Source: an uncultured Oligoflexus sp.
GTDB taxonomy: Bacteria > Bdellovibrionota_B > Oligoflexia > Oligoflexales > Oligoflexaceae
Assembly (NCBI GenBank): GCA_964236955.1
Contig: CAXSGP010000127.1
Coordinates: 1-11,895, forward strand
Length of the DNA: 11,895 nt
Reading direction: 5' to 3'
Below the pieces are notes generated by a model. It made no database searches and was not told where the DNA came from. It saw only the letters and a program-made list of their open reading frames with translations. Of this stretch, positions 1-6,857 are shown in pieces. The stretch's first letter is position 1, and every line of letters starts with the position of its first letter. The translations under genes and the position numbers were made by a program.

Positions 1-12
1 CGTTAGTTAGTT

Positions 13-126
13 TCTGTCCGGAAATGGGGATGGCAAGGCGCGAGGCAGAAAAAAAACGGAGTTTATTCCCATAAATGAGCATTTTTTTCTGCCGATGAAT
101 CCCATCCATCGCCTTTTCCGGACTGA
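13..126. repeat. Palindromic REP/MITE-like element, copy 1 (complete hairpin)
   Basis: Terminal inverted repeat GTCCGGAAA (16-24) / TTTCCGGAC (115-123), extending imperfectly over 13-33 / 106-126. Inner stem GGCAGAAAAAAA (44-55) / TTTTTTTCTGCC (82-93). Apical stem TTTAT-TCCC-ATAAA (62-75). Confidence 0.75.
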
Positions 127-135
127 CACAAGTTA

Positions 136-216
136 GGCAAAAAGAAAGAGTCTTTTATGGGGAATAAAATCCGTTCTTCTTCGCCGCCCACCCCGCCATG
201 CCGGTTTCCGGCCAGA
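136..216 (-). repeat. Palindromic element, copy 2 (inverted, diverged, one arm truncated)
   Basis: The reverse complement TCTGGCCGGAAACCGGCATGGCGGGGTGGGCGGCGAAGAAGAACGGATTTTATTCCCCATAAAAGACTCTTTCTTTTTGCC aligns colinearly with 13-93 (TCTGTCCGGAAATGGGGATGGCAAGGCGCGAGGCAGAAAAAAAACGGAGTTTATTCCCATAAATGAGCATTTTTTTCTGCC). Confidence 0.7.
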
Positions 217-284
217 CCCCTTAAACGAAGATATTACCTGCATAAATCGTTCCGAAAAACCGGTCGTGCTCACTCACGCCCAGC

Positions 285-1376
285 CTAAGGGACAAGGACA
301 GTTGCAACTTGGTTCATATTCTCAAAATATCGTTTGGCAATATCATCAGCGATTCGTCGCCCGTGGCCTTTCTTACAAATCCCGACGATAGAGCCTCCAA
401 AGCCTCCCCCGGTTAACCGAGCCCCATAGACCTCCGGAAAGGTAAGCGCTGCTGCAACCAGAAAATCAACCTCAGGAACCGAAACTTCAAAATCATCGCG
501 CATGGATCGATGCGATTCCACCATCAAACCTCCAAGCTCGGTCCATTCCTTTTTGCAAATAGCCTCAACCGCCTTTAAGACCCGTGCGTTCTCAGAAATG
601 ATATGACGCGCCCGGCTGGCGAAAGGTTCACTGAGCCGAGCCGTCTGACCGATATCTTCGACGTCGCGAAGTTGGGGAACGCCGAGTTGGCGACTGGCCT
701 CTTCACATTCACTGCGTCGCCTGTTGTAACCGCCATCCGCATGATTATGCTTGACACCGGAATTGATAATAAAGATTTCGATCTCATCGTTTGGCAATTC
801 GATCTTTTTAAACAGAATCGTGCGTGTATCAAGAAACAGGGCAGTATGGGTATCAGCCAGACTTGAAGCCATTTGATCCATGATTCCCACTTTGGCACCG
901 ACGAATTCATTTTCCACCGCCTGGCTCAGAAGGGCAACCTGCACATCGGTAAGCGGAAGATCAAAAGCCTGACGCAAAGCCCGAAACATTGCTACCAGCA
1001 ACGCGGCACTGGAAGATAAACCGGCTCCGATCGGAACCTCAGAGTAAACCTGAGCATCAAATCCCCGTAGTGTATAGCCTTTTTGCCGAAGTAGCCAGGT
1101 CACCCCTTCGAAGTAATCAGACCAGTGATGTTTTTGCCTTTCATCACCCAGCTTAAAATCATGCTCCTCGCCGTCTGTTCCCATATTGCTACTAACGATT
1201 CGCACTCTATTGTCAGCCCGCAACGCCAGTTCGATGTGAGTGGCCTGAGGAATAGCGGTGGGAAGGACAAATCCGCCATTATAATCCGTATGCTCGCCGA
1301 TAAGGTTGACGCGTCCTGAAGCCATGACTGAGACTGTGAAGGGTTGCCCAAATACTTTTTGAAATGTTTCTTTCAT
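285..1376 (-). CDS. galK: Galactokinase (GHMP kinase)
   Basis: Galactokinase signature GRVNLIGEHTDYNGGFVLP, GHMP ATP-binding motif PIGAGLSSSAA, GIMDQ, and C-terminal GARLTGGGFGG. The start overlaps the upstream stop (ATGA at 1376-1373). Confidence 0.96.
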   Translation of the reverse strand: MKETFQKVFGQPFTVSVMASGRVNLIGEHTDYNGGFVLPTAIPQATHIELALRADNRVRIVSSNMGTDGEEHDFKLGDERQKHHWSDYFEGVTWLLRQKGYTLRGFDAQVYSEVPIGAGLSSSAALLVAMFRALRQAFDLPLTDVQVALLSQAVENEFVGAKVGIMDQMASSLADTHTALFLDTRTILFKKIELPNDEIEIFIINSGVKHNHADGGYNRRRSECEEASRQLGVPQLRDVEDIGQTARLSEPFASRARHIISENARVLKAVEAICKKEWTELGGLMVESHRSMRDDFEVSVPEVDFLVAAALTFPEVYGARLTGGGFGGSIVGICKKGHGRRIADDIAKRYFENMNQVATVLVP

Positions 1377-2470
1377 GTACGCACCAGATAATCAGGACGT
1401 TGGAGCCCTTGTGTTTCAAATGAAGGCCACTGGGGATCAACGGTCAAGACCTCCAGGCCCTGATCGGTGATAAGGACGGTATCCTCGATTTTGGTGCCGA
1501 TCAAACTTGGGTTCCAGGCTATGGCCATACCTTTGGCCAAGACGCTTTGCCCCCCGGGCAGAGCAATTTCCTCGCGCGAAAGATAGCCTGTCGGGCCACC
1601 CTGATGGTGTTTATTTATTTCATGGCTGTAGCCAAAGTTCGTATAGGTCTTCTGCATTATTTCGAACATCTGTCCGAGGTTCACCCCTGGCTTGGTCGCC
1701 TTAAGGATATCAGCTTCTATCGCCGCAACATCTTGCTTCATCCGAACGTCCTGCGCCGTTGGATCACGGAAATAAACGAAGCGGGTGAGATTGGCGAAAA
1801 GCCCATGCCGTCGCGCGCAAAAGACCAGCATTGCCCGATCACCTAGTTTGTTCGCGGAAGCTGTAGCATGACGGTGAATGGGCAGCCGTCTTTCATCGCC
1901 GACCAAAGTCAAAGCCGGATGAATACCGCGCGCCCATAAGGCCGCGGCTCCCCGTGCAGCCAATTCATAACCTGTCCAGTCGCGACGGGCATCTAGTAAA
2001 GTCTCGGTCATCGCTTCGGCCGCCTCGCGTCCCAAGGCGCGATAACGTATCATCTCCCCAGGCACCAACGTCCTTTTTTCGATGATCAGTTCCGTGGGAA
2101 GTCCGATTTCCTTTCCCTGCGGTTTATCGCTGGCGACAAGTCCTCCTTGAGTAAGTTCCTTGACGAAGCTTTCTTTTAAGTGAGGTTGGTGCCAGCCGCC
2201 CTGCCAGATTTCAAAGCCAGGACTGAGTTCCTCCGCTTCAAGGCGTGCGGCTTCAATATTATTCGTCAAGACAAATGCATCCGTGAGCGTGATCAGAACT
2301 TCGGCTATACCAAAATCAGTCGTCAGAAGGACAACGTTTGAGGCACCGGCCGTAGCCCAGGCAAACCAATCGGTGCCCCTCAGTCGTACGCCGGCCAATT
2401 TTTGCTTGCGGAGGATATTTCTTATCACTGTTAATTTTTCAGTGATTTCACTGGCATTTGAATGAATCAA
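1373..2470 (-). CDS. M24 family (Xaa-Pro peptidase/creatinase, pita-bread fold) protein with non-canonical active site
   Basis: Creatinase/prolidase-like N-domain and C-terminal motifs GLFANLTR, HHQGG, AWNPS and KIEDT, collinear with M24 motifs. TTG start preceded by AGAGGT. Overlaps galT by 23 bp and galK by 4 bp. Confidence 0.85.
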   Translation of the reverse strand: MIHSNASEITEKLTVIRNILRKQKLAGVRLRGTDWFAWATAGASNVVLLTTDFGIAEVLITLTDAFVLTNNIEAARLEAEELSPGFEIWQGGWHQPHLKESFVKELTQGGLVASDKPQGKEIGLPTELIIEKRTLVPGEMIRYRALGREAAEAMTETLLDARRDWTGYELAARGAAALWARGIHPALTLVGDERRLPIHRHATASANKLGDRAMLVFCARRHGLFANLTRFVYFRDPTAQDVRMKQDVAAIEADILKATKPGVNLGQMFEIMQKTYTNFGYSHEINKHHQGGPTGYLSREEIALPGGQSVLAKGMAIAWNPSLIGTKIEDTVLITDQGLEVLTVDPQWPSFETQGLQRPDYLVRT

Positions 2471-3554
2471 GGTTGACCTCTATGGCTTGGAGCTCTTTCG
2501 CTTTGTCTTCAGGAAAGGCATCGTTGGCAAACAGTCCGGCACCTATTTCGGTTCCAGCTAGATATTTCAATCGATCGGAGCTTCGATAGGGGGGAAAGAA
2601 CTCGAAATGGAAATGACATTCGGGATGGAGCCCTCCATCGGTAGGCGCCTGATAGGCCACCATCAAATACGGAAAGGGTCTTTGCCAAAGACCATCGTAT
2701 TTGAGTAAAACTGTTTTCAAAGCCCTGGCAAAATCAATTCGGTCGTTTTCATCCATGTCAGCCATTGATGAAAGTCTACGTTTGGGAGCAATCCATACCT
2801 CGTAAGGATAACGGGCACACACCGGCACGAATGCGACCGCATAATCACCGTTATAGAGAATACGAGTATTATCGCTTATTTCCCGCGCGACAAAATCCGA
2901 GACAAGAGCCCGACCATTGGCTTTATAATAAGCCTTCTCCTCAAGCTGTTGCCGAGCCGGAACGGGCGGCACGAAAGGATAGGCATAGATCTGACCATGG
3001 GGGTGGTGAAGGGTGACGCCAACCTCAACTCCGCGATTTTCAAATGGCAGCAAATATTCAATATCCTCGCGACTGCCTAGCTCACGGTATCGATCGCCCC
3101 ACACTTCCAAAATCAGGGCGATGTGATCCAAGGGCAAAAGACCCAGGCTGGATTCTGCGTCTTTGGTAAACACCACGACTTCACAGGCCCCGGTCGAAGG
3201 CATGGTCGGAACTCCTGGCAAGTCAGGAGCATCCCCTGCGAGTCGACTCAAGGTCGGAAACATATTCTCAAATACCGCGATGTCATAGTCTCCGGCAGGC
3301 AATTCCGTGGGAAATTCCCGGCTGCGGGTGGGCGCCAGAGGATTAAATTCCTTGGGCGGCAGGAAAGTTCGATTCTGCCGATGGCCAGAATAGGCCACCC
3401 ATTCTGCCCGCAAAGGATGCCAACGCATATGCGCGCCTTGCACGGACACCGCAACGGGCGAAGGACTTGTAGCTATAATCGCTGGATCAATGGGCTTTCG
3501 ACTGTAAAGCTGAAGCTGACGCCCATCTGGCTTTTTCAAAATTTCTTTGTACAT
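2448..3554 (-). CDS. galT: Galactose-1-phosphate uridylyltransferase (HIT-like, class I)
   Basis: HMRWHPLRAEWV..HRQNR N-terminal motif, VFENMFP, FENRG.EVGVTLHHPHGQ catalytic HPH (2991-3008), PYEVW and KYLAGTE. TAATG stop/start overlap with the GH2 gene. Confidence 0.95.
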   Translation of the reverse strand: MYKEILKKPDGRQLQLYSRKPIDPAIIATSPSPVAVSVQGAHMRWHPLRAEWVAYSGHRQNRTFLPPKEFNPLAPTRSREFPTELPAGDYDIAVFENMFPTLSRLAGDAPDLPGVPTMPSTGACEVVVFTKDAESSLGLLPLDHIALILEVWGDRYRELGSREDIEYLLPFENRGVEVGVTLHHPHGQIYAYPFVPPVPARQQLEEKAYYKANGRALVSDFVAREISDNTRILYNGDYAVAFVPVCARYPYEVWIAPKRRLSSMADMDENDRIDFARALKTVLLKYDGLWQRPFPYLMVAYQAPTDGGLHPECHFHFEFFPPYRSSDRLKYLAGTEIGAGLFANDAFPEDKAKELQAIEVNLDSFKCQ

Positions 3555-5404
3555 TACAACTCGCTCCGGACACCTTCAGTTTCATCGCGGAATATACGCT
3601 CTTCGTCAACCGCACTACAGGTTATAGCTGAGATTTCGCTCAATGGAAATTTCGGACTACGATCGGCGTATAAAAGTCCATTTACTTCCTGGAAGGTATC
3701 CGTGAATTGCGTGTAACAGAATCCCCTGAACACCTTCAGCCTATGGACCGCGGTAACCAGCGCCCAATACTGACGTTTGAATTCGCGAGTACTTTTACTC
3801 GTTCCATAGCCCCAATCCCGCGAGGCGCCAACCCGATTCTCGCCGGTGTAGGCAATGCCACCGAATTCGGTCAACATCATGGGCTGATCATCGTGCAGGT
3901 AACCCTTGACGATAGGCATTCGCCCGGCTGGGATCCTTCGGCTCAGGATATCTTTGACGCTCGACGAAGGTCCGTAGCGTTCGATCAGACGTCCCGGATG
4001 ATTGTCGTAGTCGTGAATTCCAATGATGTCCGTGCTGGCACTTTCCCAGCCGTCATTGCCGATAACGGGCCGGGTCGGATCCAGGGTTTTCGTGAGATGA
4101 TAAAAGGCCTGTACGCAGCTTCGATGCGAATCCATTTCGCCCAGGTCAGGCACACCCCAGGACTCGTTGAAGGGAACCCACGTGACAATACAGGGATGAC
4201 TATAGTCGCGGTCGATGACTTCAGTCCACTCCCTCATGAGACGTTCCACCCCATCATGAGTGAACCGATAGGCGCTTGGCATCTCTTCCCAGACCAGCAG
4301 TCCGAGGACATCCGCCCAAAAAAGAAAATTGGGGCTCTCAATCTTTTGATGCTTGCGCACTCCATTAAAGCCCATGGCCTTTACGAGTTCCACATCGCGT
4401 CGCAGCGCTTTGTCATCAGGGGCCGTTAGAAAGGACTCAGCCCAATATCCCTGATCGAGAACCAGACGCATATAGTAAGGACGGCCGTTTAATAGAAAAT
4501 CACCATGTGATATTCCCACGCTGCGCAGAGCGGTGTATGAAAACATGCGGTCCACGCAAACATCGCCAATCCAAAGTTCAAGCTCGGCACTCAGCAAGGT
4601 CGGTTTTTCGGGGGTCCATAGAATTTCGTTTCGAAAGTCGTCGATACCCGGATCAGAGAGTGCGATCCGGCGGTGCACTTCATGTGAGATAACCTGATAG
4701 GTATCGCTTACCAACAGCTGATTGCCATTTCTCAATTTCAATTTCAATGCTGCCTTATCGGCAAATTCTCCGTTGATAAAAGCTTCAAGGCCAATCTCCC
4801 AACGTTCCAGATGTGGGGTCCAACGCAGTCTATCAATATAGACATCATTGACATGCTCCAACCAGACCGTTTGCCATATCCCTGAGGTGCGGGGATACCA
4901 GATACTATGAGCTTCGAGCTGCCAATCCTGCTTACCTCTTGGTTTGGCTAGATCGTGTGGATCGTCTTCCACTTTCAAAGTGACCGTCTGAGAACCTGAC
5001 TCATCCAAAAGATTGGTGATGTCAAAAGAAAACGGCGTATGTCCTCCCTCATGTGCTCCTACAAACTGATTATTAACCCAGACTTGTGCGACATAATCTA
5101 CAGCCCCAAAATGAATCAGAGTCCTTTGGCCTTTTCTTAAATCGGTTTGAAATGTCCGCTCATACCAACAGTATTTATGAAAACCGGTATCACCTATGCC
5201 GCTTTTTGCCGTCTCAGGTGCAAAGGGAACCTGAATTTCAAGCGGCCATTCTCCTATATCTTCCGGCTTATTAAATCGGCCATGAGAGTCAAAAAGAAAG
5301 CGCCAGGTACCATTCAGTGAGGTCCACTGCTCTCGGGCAAGTTGGGGACGAGGGTGAAGACTATGTATATCTAAATTGATACAGGTCCTGGGCTCGATGT
5401 TCAT
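3554..5404 (-). CDS. Glycoside hydrolase family 2 (beta-galactosidase/beta-galactofuranosidase-like), no signal peptide
   Basis: GH2 motifs SLNGTWRF, HFGAVDY, HEGGHTPF, SGIWQTVWLE, MGFNGVRKHQK, WVPFNESWG (acid/base Glu) and LTEFGG (nucleophile). Start moved from 5473 to ATG 5404 (MNIEPR, 616 aa), which has AGGT 6 nt upstream. The longer extension is AT-rich and looks intergenic. Confidence 0.9.
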   Translation of the reverse strand: MNIEPRTCINLDIHSLHPRPQLAREQWTSLNGTWRFLFDSHGRFNKPEDIGEWPLEIQVPFAPETAKSGIGDTGFHKYCWYERTFQTDLRKGQRTLIHFGAVDYVAQVWVNNQFVGAHEGGHTPFSFDITNLLDESGSQTVTLKVEDDPHDLAKPRGKQDWQLEAHSIWYPRTSGIWQTVWLEHVNDVYIDRLRWTPHLERWEIGLEAFINGEFADKAALKLKLRNGNQLLVSDTYQVISHEVHRRIALSDPGIDDFRNEILWTPEKPTLLSAELELWIGDVCVDRMFSYTALRSVGISHGDFLLNGRPYYMRLVLDQGYWAESFLTAPDDKALRRDVELVKAMGFNGVRKHQKIESPNFLFWADVLGLLVWEEMPSAYRFTHDGVERLMREWTEVIDRDYSHPCIVTWVPFNESWGVPDLGEMDSHRSCVQAFYHLTKTLDPTRPVIGNDGWESASTDIIGIHDYDNHPGRLIERYGPSSSVKDILSRRIPAGRMPIVKGYLHDDQPMMLTEFGGIAYTGENRVGASRDWGYGTSKSTREFKRQYWALVTAVHRLKVFRGFCYTQFTDTFQEVNGLLYADRSPKFPLSEISAITCSAVDEERIFRDETEGVRSEL

Positions 5405-5466
5405 ATGGCTACCTATCAAGTACATGAATTTAATCTTTGTTATAAACACTGACGGATTTCTAGAAA

Positions 5467-5482
5467 AAAACAAGATTGTTTT
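5467..5482. promoter_or_regulatory. Dyad AAAACAA-GA-TTGTTTT, candidate regulator/enhancer site in the divergent intergenic region
   Basis: Perfect 7-bp inverted repeat about 90 bp upstream of the predicted sigma54 start. A second dyad, TGTT-ATA-AACA, lies at 5438-5448. Confidence 0.35.
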
Positions 5483-5538
5483 AATTCCAGCCGTTCGATC
5501 AAAATCTGAATGCGAAAATATAAAGGAGATTTCCTACT

Positions 5539-5555
5539 TCGGTATGACCATTGCA
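5539..5555 (+). promoter_or_regulatory. Candidate sigma54 (-24/-12) promoter for the GT-GH1/RmlD-glf operon
   Basis: TCGGTATGACCATTGCA versus consensus YTGGCACG-N4-TTGCW. GG (5541-42)-N10-GC (5553-54) spacing is exact. It lies about 35 nt upstream of ATG 5590. Confidence 0.5.
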
Positions 5556-5589
5556 TTAACAGTCTCCAGACACCCATTTGGAGGCCTGG

Positions 5590-6855
5590 ATGAAACTAGT
5601 AAGCACAAACGACGTAGATAACATTCTGAGTAATCATGGTGAACTGGATATATTGTGTCTTTCTCATCTGCGTTGGAACTTCGTCTACCAGCGGCCTCAG
5701 CATATTCTGTCACGTGCCAGTCAACACCAACGCGTGTTTTTCTTTGAAGAACCAATTTTCCACGATAAAGAAGCCTCTCTTGAGCTGCGTAATGAAGCCC
5801 CCAATCTCGTAGTGGCCGTTCCTCATCTGCCGCATGGCCTGAGCGAGTTGCAGCAGATCGAACTGCAGGAGATTTTGCTAGGGGATTTGATAGCGCGGTA
5901 TCATATTAAAGAATATCTCGCCTGGTATTACACGCCAATGGCTCTGAAGTTCACGAAACGCCTCGATCCAGACCTTGTCGTTTACGATTGCATGGATCAG
6001 CTATCCCACTTCAAATTTGCCTCCCCCGAACTGCCGCGTCTTGAGCAAACGCTGCTTACCAAAGCGGATTTGGTCTTTACAGGTGGCTACAGTCTTTATG
6101 AAGCCAAGCGCGACATGCATCCCAAAGTCTTTGCCTTTCCCAGTAGCGTGGACGTCAATCATTTCGCAAAAGCTCGTGGCAGCAAATATCAAATGCCGGC
6201 TGATCTCCAGAATATTTCCGGTCCAAAGATTGGTTACATGGGCGTGATCGATGAACGCATTGATCTTGAGCTGATTGAGGGCATTGCCCGCATGCGTCCC
6301 GATTGGAACATTATCATGCTTGGGCCAGTTGTTAAAATCGATCCTATTTCTCTCCCCCAGCTTCCCAACATATACTACTTAGGCGGCAAATCTTACGATG
6401 AATTGCCTCATTATCTCGCGTCTTGGGATATAGGAATGCTCCCTTTCGCGAGAAACGATTCAACCCGCTATATCAGCCCAACCAAAACTCCAGAATATCT
6501 GGCCGCAGGAATCCAGGTCATATCCACCTCGATTCGTGATGTCGTCAAGCCTTATGGTGAACTGAAACTAGTCGCCATCGCTGATGCGGTTGAAACTTTT
6601 GTCTTCCACGCCCAACGCATGCTCGAAGATGGTCAGCTCCCCGAATGGAAAACCAGAGTCGAAGCCTTCCTGGCTAAAATATCCTGGGATAAAACCTATG
6701 ACGCCATGCATGAACTCATAGTCCGAGAAGATGCGAGAAATACACGCAACGTAGTCAAGACCAATGCTTCCAGCTACAACTATGCAAAGGACCTACGCAT
6801 TCCCTCAAAATCCTCAGTGCTTCCGTCCTCAAGCGTCGCCGCGATGCCGAGCTGA
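5590..6855 (+). CDS. GT-B fold glycosyltransferase (GT4/Glycos_transf_1-like, glf-associated type)
   Basis: Motifs SHLRWNFVYQRPQH, VYDCMD, GYMGVIDERID and SPTKTPEYLAAG. Start set at ATG 5590 (421 aa) because GGAGG (5580-84) lies 5 nt upstream. Confidence 0.9.
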   Translation: MKLVSTNDVDNILSNHGELDILCLSHLRWNFVYQRPQHILSRASQHQRVFFFEEPIFHDKEASLELRNEAPNLVVAVPHLPHGLSELQQIELQEILLGDLIARYHIKEYLAWYYTPMALKFTKRLDPDLVVYDCMDQLSHFKFASPELPRLEQTLLTKADLVFTGGYSLYEAKRDMHPKVFAFPSSVDVNHFAKARGSKYQMPADLQNISGPKIGYMGVIDERIDLELIEGIARMRPDWNIIMLGPVVKIDPISLPQLPNIYYLGGKSYDELPHYLASWDIGMLPFARNDSTRYISPTKTPEYLAAGIQVISTSIRDVVKPYGELKLVAIADAVETFVFHAQRMLEDGQLPEWKTRVEAFLAKISWDKTYDAMHELIVREDARNTRNVVKTNASSYNYAKDLRIPSKSSVLPSSSVAAMPS

Positions 6856-6857
6856 AT

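Noticed and set aside
13..216. CRISPR array or intact IS interpretation of the left-end repeats
   Set aside because: Only two inverted, diverged copies, with no repeat-spacer periodicity, cas genes or transposase.
3123..3716. 197-aa plus-strand ORF
   Set aside because: Antisense to galT and the GH2 3' end, with Arg/Gly-rich non-protein-like composition.
3707..4429. 240-aa plus-strand ORF
   Set aside because: Entirely antisense to the GH2 catalytic domain, with no motifs or SD; a shadow ORF.
5439..5467. Sigma70 promoter for the left operon (TATAAC on the minus strand at 5444-39)
   Set aside because: No credible -35 at 16-18 bp spacing; too weak to call in AT-rich DNA.
5405..5473. 23-codon N-terminal extension of GH2 in the ORF track
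   Set aside because: TTG start without SD, in AT-rich sequence that contains the putative regulatory dyads. ATG 5404 is more plausible.
5578..5589. TTG start of the glycosyltransferase at 5578
   Set aside because: These bases contain the GGAGG SD for ATG 5590.
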